From: Promethearchaeota archaeon
Lineage (GTDB): Archaea > Asgardarchaeota > Lokiarchaeia > Sigyniarchaeales > SOKP01
Direction of reading: 5' to 3'
DNA: 64,000 nucleotides
Assembly: GCA_011364925.1 (NCBI GenBank)
Contig: RDOA01000007.1
Coordinates: 51,493 to 115,492 of the forward strand
Shown here in pieces: positions 28,673-39,012 of this stretch. The notes under the pieces were generated by a model. That model was not told the DNA's origin, made no database searches, and saw only the letters and a program-made list of their open reading frames with translations. The position numbers were made by a program, and so were the translations under genes. Position 1 is the first letter of the stretch; every line of letters starts with the position of its first letter.

Positions 28673-31558
28673 TTAGAATATCAACCCTTTCGATCTGGCA
28701 ATATATTTAAAAATTTCTATCCCTAACAAACCCGGCAGTGCCAAAGCAATACAGATTAACCAATCTGTTCCACTAAGAAACAGGAAATTAATTTGAAGGT
28801 TTAGTCCAAATTGGTCGTTTATATAGTAATTTACTGGTTGTGAAAACGATACGAAAAGTACTTGTAAAGCAAGAGTGAACACGCAAATTAAAAAAAGCGC
28901 AGGACTAAATTCTTTTGTAATACTTTTAAATAAGTTTTTATTAGGACGCCGAATACTCCAGATAAACATAGTTTCAAGAATGTAAAGCGTTGTAACAAAC
29001 ATCGTTCTTGCTTTTTGCGCCAATAGTTCGGCAGGTGTAGAACCAAATGGTATATAACTAAGACCAGGATTTAGATTCCATTCGTTTAAGGGGATCATTC
29101 CTCCTAAGGTTAATTGTAGTGCTAAGACTAGTCCAATACCCATTAAAATTGCATGGATTACCAAAAGTATCCACATATTCTTATTTAACAGTTGTTCTCC
29201 GTTTCTGGGGGGTTCTTTCATTACATCTTTGGGATGTTTATCAATTACTAAAGCCAAAGCGGGTAGAGAATGCACAATCCCATAAATGTAAATATGTTGC
29301 CACTCGGAACTAAAAAGTTGAAATAATGGAACGAATTCATAGGAAAAGAAAATGACAGATTCCATTAAATTTAAACAAATAAAAAAGTAAATTATTGTGC
29401 GAATTCTCGAAAATAAGCCACGCCCGATTTTTACACCCCTTACGATAGATGTAAAATTGTCATCGCTTATGACCATATCCGCAGTTTCCTTAGCAACGTC
29501 AGTTCCAGTTATACCCATAGCTATTCCTGCATTTGCTAGTTTCAAAGCTAATGAGTCGTTAATGCCATCACCAGTCATAGCACAAATACGATTCTTTGAT
29601 TGGTATCTTTTTACTATTACTTCTTTATCAGAAGGATTCACTCGAGCAAAAACTGACACCTTTTCGAAATTTTCACCACTTAGATCCTTAATTTCGTTAC
29701 CCTCTACAACTAAATCTCCTTCTTTATAAATTCGCATCTGGGAGGCAATCGTTTTTGCTGTAGCAGGGTGATCCCCGGTGATCATTGCAATTTTAATGCC
29801 AGCAGATTCAGCTTCTTCAACTGATTCTCTAACTCCAATTCTTGGTGGGTCAAGTATCGAAACATACCCCAAGAAAACAATTTGATTTTCAATATCTGTT
29901 CTGACGAACTCTTGATTATTCTTAATTTTTCTATAACCAATAGCTAACGTTCTATACCCTTGGTTTGCTCGTATTTGAATATTTCCAATTATGGAGGTTC
30001 TAAGTTTTTCAGTTAACGGTTCTTCCGCTCCATTTATTTCAATTTGAGTGCTTATATCTAAGATTCTCTCGGGAGCTCCTTTCGAGAACGCTAAAAACTC
30101 AGAGTCATTTTCGTTAAGCTTACATACAGTTGTCATTCGTTTAAGATCAGAATTGAATGAGAATTCCTTGGAAAGAGTATACTGCTTTTTCAAATCGTAA
30201 GGAAGAAATCCTGCCTTCTCTGCTAACACGAGCAATGAAGCCTCTGTTGGGGAGCCTAAAGCTTTTCTTACGGCTAATTCTTTCGATTCTTTTAGTCGTA
30301 CTTTTACGTCTTCATATACTAATTTAGCAGTGTTATTTAACACGCTTGATTCTATAAATTTTATAAAAGTTGGATTTTCCTTTAATTCTGTAGCTTTTCC
30401 GTTCTCTTGTATCATCCCTTCGGGATCATAACCCGAACCTGAAACATGGTATTCTTTATTGTTTATCCAAAACATCTCGACAGTCATTTCGTTCTTAGTA
30501 ATAGTTCCCGTTTTATCTGAACAAATCACAGATACTCTTCCAAGGGATTCTATTGCGGACAAATTTTTAATGATAACTCCGCTCTGAGCCATATTTAGTA
30601 CCCCAGTAACAAGCACGAGGGTAGTTAATAGCGGTAAATTGATAGGCATAATTCCCATCGATCTTAAAATAGATGATATAACCGCTTCTCTAATGTGTTC
30701 GCCAACAAATAATCCTTCTAACCCTAAAACTGCAAACTTATACGCGATTAACGCAATTAGATAAAGGATAACTATTGTTCCTAAGATGTAACCTAATCGA
30801 TTCAGCTTTCTTGTGAGTGGAATTTCCTCTATGCTTCCCATTTCGTTTAATTGGTTCGAAATTTTCCCGATTTCGGTATCAAGTCCCGTCCCGGTGACTA
30901 ACGCTTTCGCTCTCCCCGTATGTACATAAGTTCCCATAAATACCATATTAATTTGCTTTTGAATGGATAAGTCTTTTTCTTCTAGTAGTTCAGTACTTTT
31001 TTCCGCTGGTTCACTTTCTCCAGTAAGAGGTGCTTCATCAACCGATAGATTCGTTAACTCGATAATTCTCGCATCTGCGCCAATTTTATCGCCTTGATCT
31101 AATAGAATGATATCTCCTGGAACGAGTTCTTTTGAAGGAATCTCAAATTGAATCCCATCTCGTAACACAACGGTTTTCAAAGCGGCAATTTGTCTGAGGG
31201 CTTCTAACGCTTTTCGAGCCCGATATTGTTGGGTAATAACTGTAATTGAATTTATAATTACTACGGTAAAAGTGATGATAGTAGAAGTTCGATCTCCGAG
31301 TAGCACAACAATACTCCCTGAAACTATCAATATTATTATTAAGAAATTAAAAATTGGTGCGAGGTATATTTTCCATAATGATTTTCTAATTTTCGGCAAT
31401 TCATTGAAGCCATACTTTTGAATTCTGCCTTCAATTTCTGATTCTTTCAATCCTTCGTTAGGACTGGTTTTGAATTGAGTGAGTAATTCGTCTAACGGCG
31501 TGAAGTAAGCTTGATTAGAAGGGTGTTGGGTTTGATTCATAGGAAGATCTACTTTCAA
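28673..31558 (-). CDS. P-type ATPase, P2-like scaffold with atypical M4 motif PINLP (paralogue)
   Basis: TGES, CSDKTGTIT, KGAPE, MITGD, TGDGIND; 10 TM. Confidence 0.93.
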   Translation of the reverse strand: MKVDLPMNQTQHPSNQAYFTPLDELLTQFKTSPNEGLKESEIEGRIQKYGFNELPKIRKSLWKIYLAPIFNFLIIILIVSGSIVVLLGDRTSTIITFTVVIINSITVITQQYRARKALEALRQIAALKTVVLRDGIQFEIPSKELVPGDIILLDQGDKIGADARIIELTNLSVDEAPLTGESEPAEKSTELLEEKDLSIQKQINMVFMGTYVHTGRAKALVTGTGLDTEIGKISNQLNEMGSIEEIPLTRKLNRLGYILGTIVILYLIALIAYKFAVLGLEGLFVGEHIREAVISSILRSMGIMPINLPLLTTLVLVTGVLNMAQSGVIIKNLSAIESLGRVSVICSDKTGTITKNEMTVEMFWINNKEYHVSGSGYDPEGMIQENGKATELKENPTFIKFIESSVLNNTAKLVYEDVKVRLKESKELAVRKALGSPTEASLLVLAEKAGFLPYDLKKQYTLSKEFSFNSDLKRMTTVCKLNENDSEFLAFSKGAPERILDISTQIEINGAEEPLTEKLRTSIIGNIQIRANQGYRTLAIGYRKIKNNQEFVRTDIENQIVFLGYVSILDPPRIGVRESVEEAESAGIKIAMITGDHPATAKTIASQMRIYKEGDLVVEGNEIKDLSGENFEKVSVFARVNPSDKEVIVKRYQSKNRICAMTGDGINDSLALKLANAGIAMGITGTDVAKETADMVISDDNFTSIVRGVKIGRGLFSRIRTIIYFFICLNLMESVIFFSYEFVPLFQLFSSEWQHIYIYGIVHSLPALALVIDKHPKDVMKEPPRNGEQLLNKNMWILLVIHAILMGIGLVLALQLTLGGMIPLNEWNLNPGLSYIPFGSTPAELLAQKARTMFVTTLYILETMFIWSIRRPNKNLFKSITKEFSPALFLICVFTLALQVLFVSFSQPVNYYINDQFGLNLQINFLFLSGTDWLICIALALPGLLGIEIFKYIARSKGLIF

Positions 31559-31644
31559 AATGAAGTGTTTTATATACTAATGAATGGTGAATTTATATTT
31601 TTAATTATGTGTCCATTCCTCTTTTTATGTAGGAATTTTAAGAA

Positions 31645-32607
31645 TTAGATGCTAAATTCTTGAGGATCTCCTAAGATGCTTACTAAGATGTGATACTTTT
31701 TCCTAATGGTGGTACTTGAAAATCTACTAGTTTGTTCGACGATACTTTGGGTAAATATTTTGCGGTTTTCAAGCGTTTGTCCTATGTAATAGATTAGTCC
31801 GGCTGTGAAAGCTTTGTAATTTAAATTTTGGATGTCTTCATACGGGATTATTCTTAAAATTTTATCGGCAGTTAGTTGCATTTCCATTTTTAAATTCGTA
31901 TAATCTTGTTCGTTTTGAAAATATTGTTTTACTCGTTCGAATTGAATGTTGTTTAAATCTTTTTGAAAGAGAATTTTAATTTTTTTCTTGATTTCTTGTT
32001 CTAAGTTTTCAAGGTTATTATACAATTTTAATCTCTTATCCGTTCTCATCAATTTTAACATCGCGTTGTTAAGCATTTTCTTATTTATTTTGTGTCCAAG
32101 TTCTTTAGCAGCGTTTATGAAATCTTCAACTCTTACATTTGTAGTTTCTTTTATTTCCATCCATATAATCGCTAAAAAGATGATAACCATGTTTTCGTAG
32201 GTTTGACGATGGTGCCTATTATACCGCAAATATTTTTCCTTTATTTCGGAGTATTTTATGTTATCAATATTCATTCCAATACCATAGCTTTTAAGCATGC
32301 TTATCGTTTTTTTTTGTTCTGTAAAGCTAGTTTGAGAGTCTTGGAACCACTTGTTTAATGTTTTTAACTGTTCGTATCGTTTTCTTGTCTCAGGATCTTG
32401 AATTGCTTTAGAATCGCCTATTCTGATCTTTCTTTCGTAATCTAATTGCGAATCTGAATAAAATTCTGGAATAGGAGCTCTTTCAAAAGCGATTTGGTCT
32501 GTCTCAGTTAACCCACAATCTTGACAAACAAAAAAACCACCTTCTTGTTTCACATTTTTATGCTCGCATTCAATATAATCTAACGAGTCTTTATTATTTT
32601 CATTCAA
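31645..32607 (-). CDS. Divergent TFIIB/TFB-like protein
   Basis: N-terminal Zn ribbon CEH..CQDCG; C-terminal cyclin-like repeat AFTAGLIY and HTH-like TQSIV..SSTTIRKKY. Confidence 0.65.
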   Translation of the reverse strand: MNENNKDSLDYIECEHKNVKQEGGFFVCQDCGLTETDQIAFERAPIPEFYSDSQLDYERKIRIGDSKAIQDPETRKRYEQLKTLNKWFQDSQTSFTEQKKTISMLKSYGIGMNIDNIKYSEIKEKYLRYNRHHRQTYENMVIIFLAIIWMEIKETTNVRVEDFINAAKELGHKINKKMLNNAMLKLMRTDKRLKLYNNLENLEQEIKKKIKILFQKDLNNIQFERVKQYFQNEQDYTNLKMEMQLTADKILRIIPYEDIQNLNYKAFTAGLIYYIGQTLENRKIFTQSIVEQTSRFSSTTIRKKYHILVSILGDPQEFSI

Positions 32608-32780
32608 GTACCTTTCAATTATTTGTATAGTTATTTTCGCAATTGAATCAAAAAAAATAGGAGTTTCTAATTTAATAACTTTAATTTTAAATAAAAAACC
32701 ATCAAATTAAATATTATATAAAAGATTCTTCAATGAATATAGAATAATAATTTTTTTTAGGAATACCGAGTTGATAAAAG

Positions 32781-33350
32781 TTGGAAAGAAAAGCCGTTCT
32801 TAAGTGGTTGAAATTTTTTAGTATTATCTTTGTTCTGCTTTCTGTAGTCGAACTCCTTGATTTAATATTATTCAGCACTATTATCAATCTAAATTTAGAT
32901 GGAACTTCGTATACTGTTGCAAATGTAATCTTTCAATCTGGCTTTATGGCAGTTCACGCCACGCTTTTATGGGTCTTTTTATTATTCGTTATTTGTGCTT
33001 ATATTGCTATATCTTTTTCAATATTCACTATCGCTAAAAAAGACTCCATTGAAAATCATACTCTTGCTAAATTTTTACTATTGATTGGATTATTTCTCAT
33101 AATTGGTGGGTTTATAAAAACAAATTTTATGACACTATTAGGTAATAGCCATATCAATACAGGCATTACAACCACTACCCTTCAAAATGCGCTATATAAT
33201 CCCGCTATTACTCCATTATTTGGAGCGATAATGTGGATCTATTTTACGGTGGTTGTAAGCTTTTTCTTGTTTTCTGGATTGGTCTTTGGAGGAGTAGGTC
33301 TTAGATGGATGCTTATTATTCAAGAAGAAAAAAAACACAATCAAATTTAA
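32781..33350 (+). CDS. Hypothetical membrane protein (about 4 TM)
   Basis: Four hydrophobic segments; TTG start. Confidence 0.7.
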   Translation: MERKAVLKWLKFFSIIFVLLSVVELLDLILFSTIINLNLDGTSYTVANVIFQSGFMAVHATLLWVFLLFVICAYIAISFSIFTIAKKDSIENHTLAKFLLLIGLFLIIGGFIKTNFMTLLGNSHINTGITTTTLQNALYNPAITPLFGAIMWIYFTVVVSFFLFSGLVFGGVGLRWMLIIQEEKKHNQI

Positions 33351-33435
33351 AATCTGACTTTTAGTTCTTTCATTTAGGCAGATAACAAAAAATAAAACAA
33401 AAAAAGAAAAATGAAATGACCATTTATTGATCAAT

Positions 33436-34371
33436 CTAAAGTCTAGATTTAATTTGTTTTGCCCTAGATCTTAGTGTTACTTCTGTAATCTTGGCAACAT
33501 CTGCTACAAGAGATTGCGTTTTTCGAATCGAACCATCTTTCGCTGCAATGTAAATACATGCTGCAGCTAATCCTTTTGGATCTTTTCCTGTTCGCGCTAA
33601 CCCGTTCTGAGACGCAGTTCTTAACATGTCGATCGCTTTCTTCTGAACATTCATTGGAAGGTTTAATTCGTTCCCAAACCTAAAAACTAAACTTTCAGCG
33701 GTAATAGGCTGATATCGCAAACCTAACTGAGGCAAAACCTCTCTTATAATCATAGCTAAACTTCTATGGACAGTTCTCCTAGGAGTTAAAGAAGCTTCAC
33801 ATACCTCATCTAATAATCGTGGGAAATCGTGAACCCTAATCGCAGCGTATAAAGATCCTGCAATAAAGCCATTAATTGATCTTCCCATGGTTAACTTCTT
33901 TTTAGCAACAATACTATATACTTTCCAGGCTGTTTCTGAAATGTATTCAGGAATGTTTAACTTTGAAGTTAACATTTTTAATTTGGGTTTAGCTTCCCAA
34001 AAGTTCCTTTCTATACTTGAAATTAACGAGTTTTGAATTTTTGATAGACGTGAAAATAATGCTTGGTCTTTTGGACCTATTGATTTACCTTTCGAATCGG
34101 TCTTTGTAGTTGGGAGCATTGTCCTTGGGCCAAAATCTCTCCATCTTGGTTCTGTTCGGCGACGATTCTGAATCTCCTCAATAGTGTAAGCTCTCCTTTC
34201 ATTTCCTACAAACGTTCGATCCGCAATCATACCGCAATTTAAGCAAACTTCATTACCATCGCGTTCTTCGATGTTAGGATTAGAGCAACAATCAACAAGT
34301 TTAGCAGACGGTAAACTGTCTTGATCAATATGGTTACTTTTGATAAGATCACGGTAATTACTATTCATCAT
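33436..34371 (-). CDS. tfb: Transcription initiation factor IIB
   Basis: Zn ribbon CC..VCLNCG, ERRAY, ERN, GRS..AGSLYAAIR, GKDPKGLAAACIY, TQ..VA..ITEVTLRSR. Confidence 0.93.
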   Translation of the reverse strand: MMNSNYRDLIKSNHIDQDSLPSAKLVDCCSNPNIEERDGNEVCLNCGMIADRTFVGNERRAYTIEEIQNRRRTEPRWRDFGPRTMLPTTKTDSKGKSIGPKDQALFSRLSKIQNSLISSIERNFWEAKPKLKMLTSKLNIPEYISETAWKVYSIVAKKKLTMGRSINGFIAGSLYAAIRVHDFPRLLDEVCEASLTPRRTVHRSLAMIIREVLPQLGLRYQPITAESLVFRFGNELNLPMNVQKKAIDMLRTASQNGLARTGKDPKGLAAACIYIAAKDGSIRKTQSLVADVAKITEVTLRSRAKQIKSRL

Positions 34372-34483
34372 GCATCACAAAAAATGTATTTTTACATAGT
34401 GTCATCTAAAAATAAAATTCTATAAGAAATTAGATGATATTACGAGTTTAATAACGTAATAATATCCTTATATCCAAGCTGCA

Positions 34484-34500
34484 TTTATAAATCTTTGTCT
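34484..34500 (-). promoter_or_regulatory. Putative BRE-TATA promoter of tfb
   Basis: Minus strand reads agacaaaga-TTTATAAA about 113 nt upstream of the start codon. Confidence 0.45.
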
Positions 34501-34653
34501 CAAAAATCATAACACTCAAGAGAGGGGGAATGAAGTGGGACTTAGATAATGGGATTTTGCACGCCTCTGTCAATATTTTACGAAAAACCGTAAGGTTTTA
34601 GATGTATCGCCTTCTAATTATAAATAAAAAATTTTGTCGTTCTGGTTTAGAAA

Positions 34654-35169
34654 ATGGAATTTTACGATGTTATAAGAAAACGAAGAAGTTATAGAGCTTA
34701 TAGGGCTGAGATGCCAGAAGAAGAAAAGGTAAACCGAATTTTAAACGCTGCCCGGCTTGCTCCGACGTGGGCTAATATGCAAGGCATGCATTATATTGTC
34801 GTTAAAGACCCCGAAACTGTAAAGCGCGTATGGAAGGGAGTGGGGCAAAGCCAAAAATTTGTCGAGGCTCCTATGTTTATTGTCGGTGTAATTTCTGAAT
34901 CCGATTCTGGAAAAAATTCTAGTGGGTTAGAATGTTTCCCTTTAGATTGCGGGATTTGTTTTGAACATTTAATTTTAGCGGCTACGGCTGAAGGTTTAGC
35001 CACCTGTTGGATTGGTTGGTTTAACGAGACAAAAGTAAAGGAAGTGCTTGAAATACCGAAGAAGTATAGAGTTCTCGCATTAACACCACTAGGGTATCCT
35101 GTTAGAGAAAAAGGAGAAGTAGTAGATCGAAAACCCATCGAAGAAATTGTGCATTATAATAAGTTTTAA
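34654..35169 (+). CDS. Nitroreductase family protein
   Basis: RRSYRAY, AARLAPTWANMQ, GLATCWIG, LGYP, RKP. Confidence 0.92.
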   Translation: MEFYDVIRKRRSYRAYRAEMPEEEKVNRILNAARLAPTWANMQGMHYIVVKDPETVKRVWKGVGQSQKFVEAPMFIVGVISESDSGKNSSGLECFPLDCGICFEHLILAATAEGLATCWIGWFNETKVKEVLEIPKKYRVLALTPLGYPVREKGEVVDRKPIEEIVHYNKF

Positions 35170-35233
35170 TTTTTCTTAAGCTCCTATTTCATGATGAAGT
35201 AAAAATCAAATAATTTCTAATTTTATTCTAATT

Positions 35234-36955
35234 ATGAAGATTGTAAGAATCAATGTTAAAACGCTTAAGATTAATTATGAAGAAATACCAAGCAATTCAA
35301 AATACTATTTGTTAGGTGCTCGGGGGTTAACTTCACAAATTGTTTTAGATGAAGTCCCTCCCAAATGTAACCCATTTGGACCAGAAAACAAGCTTATTTT
35401 GGCAAACGGGCTACTCACAGGAAGTCCCTTTCCCAATTCTGGAAGAAGCTCAATAGGAAGCAAAAGTCCTTTAACTAATGGGATCAAAGAGGCTAATGTA
35501 GGTGGTAGACCTTCACTCATGCTGGCTAAATACGGTATAAGAGCATTAGTTTTTGAAAACATATCCTCCGAACTAAGAATTCTCTTAGTAAATGAGAGCG
35601 GAATAGAGTTATTACCTGGTAATGAATATAAAGGATTAGGAAACTACAAGCTACATGAGAAACTAAGAGGAAAGTATGGTGAAAACATTGGAATATATTC
35701 TATTGGACCAGCAGGTGAACACAAAATGAAATCAGCAAGCATTGCTGCGAACGATATGGAAGGGTATCCAAGCAGACAGGCAGCTCGAGGAGGTTTAGGG
35801 GCGATTATGGGCGCAAAAGGCATCAAAGCCATAATAATTGTACCTACAAAGGAATCAAAAGTAAAAATGCACGATCTGAAGAAGTTTAGAGAAACATCAA
35901 CTCCGTTTGCTAAAGAATTAGCAGACACTAAGAAAGTATTTTCTACATTCGGGACGCCCTTAATGATGAGACCTATGAGTGAACGGCAAGGAATTCCTAC
36001 AAAAAATTTTCGAATGGGCTCCTTTGATAGAATATCCGAAATTTCAGGTGAAAAATTACACGAACTCGTAATAGCAAGGGGGGGTAAGAAAAATTTAGCT
36101 TGTTCTCCCTACTGCGTTATTCGATGTTCTAATCTTGTCGTAGATGAAAATGGTGATCATATAACTTCAAGTTTTGAATACGAAACTATGGCTTTGAACG
36201 GCGCAAATTTAATGATCGATGATTTAGACAGCTTAGCCCGAATTGATCACTTATGTGATGATGTAGGAGTCGATACTATCGAATTTGGTGGAACTATTGG
36301 TGTAGCAATGGATTGCGAGAAGATTTCATGGGGTGATGCAAAATCTGTTCTTACTATTTTAGACAAGGAAATTCGCAATAATAAAGATATAGGCAGTTTA
36401 TATGGTAATGGCGTTAAAAATATTGGAGAGAAGCTGGGTGCTAAGAGAATACCAGTGGTTAAAGGACAAGGTATTTCTGCGTACGACCCAAGAGTTTTTA
36501 AAGGAATGGGCGTTACATACGCAACGAGTCCGCAAGGTGCAGATCATACGAGTGGGGCCGCTATAGCTGGAAGAGTGGCAAGTCAAATAAAAGATTATGG
36601 TGAGTTGACTGAAAACAAAGGTAAGTTGGATTTGTCGTACGAATTACAAACCTATACAGCAGTTCTAGATTCGATGGGTTGCTGTTATTTTATAGGTCCG
36701 AGTTATGAGAACATGGAGGTTATAGCTTCTGCTATTAATGCTATGTATAATTTTAGCTTAACAAGGGAAGATGTCATCAATATCGGGAAGAAGATTATAA
36801 AGACCGAAATCGAGTTTAACGAAAAAGCGGGTATTTCAGCTGATATGAACGATGTGCCTGAATTTTTAAGAAACGAGCCCTCTGATCCTAGTGATTTAAA
36901 ATATACTTTCACAAAAGAGGAATTACGCGACTTTTGGAAGAAATTAGATCAATGA
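35234..36955 (+). CDS. Aldehyde:ferredoxin oxidoreductase family (tungsten) protein
   Basis: KSPLT.GIKEAN.GG, IGPAGE, AARGGLGA.MG.K, EYET, CDDVGVDTI, YDPR, GADH. Confidence 0.92.
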   Translation: MKIVRINVKTLKINYEEIPSNSKYYLLGARGLTSQIVLDEVPPKCNPFGPENKLILANGLLTGSPFPNSGRSSIGSKSPLTNGIKEANVGGRPSLMLAKYGIRALVFENISSELRILLVNESGIELLPGNEYKGLGNYKLHEKLRGKYGENIGIYSIGPAGEHKMKSASIAANDMEGYPSRQAARGGLGAIMGAKGIKAIIIVPTKESKVKMHDLKKFRETSTPFAKELADTKKVFSTFGTPLMMRPMSERQGIPTKNFRMGSFDRISEISGEKLHELVIARGGKKNLACSPYCVIRCSNLVVDENGDHITSSFEYETMALNGANLMIDDLDSLARIDHLCDDVGVDTIEFGGTIGVAMDCEKISWGDAKSVLTILDKEIRNNKDIGSLYGNGVKNIGEKLGAKRIPVVKGQGISAYDPRVFKGMGVTYATSPQGADHTSGAAIAGRVASQIKDYGELTENKGKLDLSYELQTYTAVLDSMGCCYFIGPSYENMEVIASAINAMYNFSLTREDVINIGKKIIKTEIEFNEKAGISADMNDVPEFLRNEPSDPSDLKYTFTKEELRDFWKKLDQ

Positions 36956-36982
36956 AATGAAATTTTTTAATTAGCGATTCTA

Positions 36983-37522
36983 TTAGATGTAGTTTAATAA
37001 TCCCTTTTTTCTCATTAAGAATTCTGCAAAGATAATCAGAACTAACCCAAGGATAAGAGTCGGTGTTATAAAAGCAAGAATTACAATTATTTCTCCTAAA
37101 TGTAACCATAGAGTAATGTTTAAAATGTAAGAGCCAAGACCGCTCATTATGAATATTATTTTTCCTTTTTTATATAATGAAAGAGAGAAATGCCAGCAAC
37201 ATATTAATAGAATGTTTGAACATTCAAATAAGGAAAATATGATTAGAAGTGAGTTAAGCGTGAAGAACACAATAATATTTATACAGATAATTGCGAGAGA
37301 AATTAAGAGTAAAAATATATTGGAGTTTTTAACAAAAAAATCACGCTCTATCTTTAACAGAACGCTCAAAGTAAAAGGGAAGAAAATAATAATCAACAAA
37401 CAATAAAATAGAAACGTATTTTGTGCTAAAATAATAAAGAGGATTGATAAAATTATACTTAACATTATTAGAAAAGAGCCTAAGATCCGAAGAAACCCTT
37501 CCTTTTTACCATGTATGCTCAT
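36983..37522 (-). CDS. Hypothetical membrane protein (about 6 TM)
   Basis: Highly hydrophobic ORF filling the intergenic space. Confidence 0.65.
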   Translation of the reverse strand: MSIHGKKEGFLRILGSFLIMLSIILSILFIILAQNTFLFYCLLIIIFFPFTLSVLLKIERDFFVKNSNIFLLLISLAIICINIIVFFTLNSLLIIFSLFECSNILLICCWHFSLSLYKKGKIIFIMSGLGSYILNITLWLHLGEIIVILAFITPTLILGLVLIIFAEFLMRKKGLLNYI

Positions 37523-37639
37523 TTCTAATCATTTTAAAGATATTTTAACTCTAAGAAATTATAAATTTAAATAGAAAAAAAAGTATTTTGAATTAACGAA
37601 TATTTTTGTACGTTGACTAATTTTTGAGTTTTGTGAAAA

Positions 37640-39010
37640 ATGAATAAAGATGATATTTTAACTCAGTTAGAAGATATAGTAGGCAAGGATTTTGCAACAA
37701 ATCGCTCAGAAGATCTGTATATTTATTCTCAAGATCCAGGTGCGTCATTGCCAAGAAAAGTTGATTTCGTTGTAATGCCTAGTTCTACCGAAGAAGTTCA
37801 AAAGATTGTAAGAATTGCCAACCAAGAGCGTATTCCTATCGTTTCCATGGGTGGTGGTCTTACTTTGAGTGGGTTAATAATTCCAGTTAAAGGCGGGATA
37901 ATCTTAGATATGAAACGAATGAATCGTATAATTGAAATTAATCAATTTAGCCAATATGCACTCATTGAAGCAGGGGTTACAACGGGGCAAATCCTTTCAC
38001 ATCTAAACGAAAATTACCCCCATCTTCAACCTCCAATTCCAGATGCTCCTCCTTCTGCTACAGTTGCAGGAAATACGCTAATCCACGGCTCTGGATACTT
38101 ATCCCAAAGATACGGAGGTCATGGTTCTATGATAAACGGTTTAGAAGTCGTATTAGCTAATGGAGAGGTATGTAAGCTTGGATCTTGTGCTCTTTCTGAT
38201 TATTGGTTTGATAGAGGACCAATTCCAGATTTCATTGGTCTATTTACTAGCGCGTTTGGAACTATGGGCGTAATAACTAAGCTTTCGGTACAATTATTTC
38301 CAAAACCGAAGATGCGAGATATTATTTTTGGATTATTGAATGATCCCAAAGATATTCCAGACTTGCTTTTAAAGATCACAGCAACGGGCTATGCGGAGGA
38401 TATACTTCTAGGAATGCAAGATAAACCCGAATGGATGAAAGGTTATGTGTTCGTTATGACATATATCACGGGTGATTCGGAAGAAGATATTGATCGCCAA
38501 AGTAAAGTTTTAAAACGCATATATCGTAAAACTAACGCAAGGTTTATGAACGCTCCAGAAAAAATGAAAAATCTCTACTTAGACAAACCAATTTTTGCTG
38601 CTGGAGCTGCAGATTTTAGAAAAGGTGGTGGTTTTGAATACGTAGGAGCGTTTATGCCACTTGAAAAAATTCCTGACGCATATGAAAAAGGCGCAGAAGT
38701 TGCAAGGAAGTATGGAATTTCTCCAACTTTAGGTTCAAGGTTAATAGGTGGAGTTCATACAATTGTAATGTTTTTTTCATACTCGTTCAATAGAGCTAAC
38801 GCTTTAGATATGGAGAATGCTAGAAGTGCGCTTCACGAAACCAATCAGTTAGCGCTAGACTTAGGGGGTATTCCATGGAAAGCAGAGTTAGAAGGCCAAA
38901 AGTTAATCCTTAACCAAATAGATCCTAGTTATACTAAATTAATGAAAACGATTCGGACCGCTCTGGATCCGAATGGTATTATGAATCCAGGAAATTGGGA
39001 GGTTGATTAG
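37640..39010 (+). CDS. FAD-binding oxidoreductase, GlcD/D-lactate dehydrogenase-like
   Basis: VVMPSSTEEV, GGGLTLSG, GLEVVLANG, GTMGVIT, LDPNGIMNPG. Confidence 0.88.
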   Translation: MNKDDILTQLEDIVGKDFATNRSEDLYIYSQDPGASLPRKVDFVVMPSSTEEVQKIVRIANQERIPIVSMGGGLTLSGLIIPVKGGIILDMKRMNRIIEINQFSQYALIEAGVTTGQILSHLNENYPHLQPPIPDAPPSATVAGNTLIHGSGYLSQRYGGHGSMINGLEVVLANGEVCKLGSCALSDYWFDRGPIPDFIGLFTSAFGTMGVITKLSVQLFPKPKMRDIIFGLLNDPKDIPDLLLKITATGYAEDILLGMQDKPEWMKGYVFVMTYITGDSEEDIDRQSKVLKRIYRKTNARFMNAPEKMKNLYLDKPIFAAGAADFRKGGGFEYVGAFMPLEKIPDAYEKGAEVARKYGISPTLGSRLIGGVHTIVMFFSYSFNRANALDMENARSALHETNQLALDLGGIPWKAELEGQKLILNQIDPSYTKLMKTIRTALDPNGIMNPGNWEVD

Positions 39011-39012
39011 AT

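Noticed and set aside
25610-31558. Calling the ATPases bona fide P4 flippases or Ca2+-ATPases
   Set aside because: They lack the P4 DGET motif, M5 Lys and any CDC50-like neighbour, and also lack the Ca2+ site residues E309/N796/D800, so they are left unassigned.
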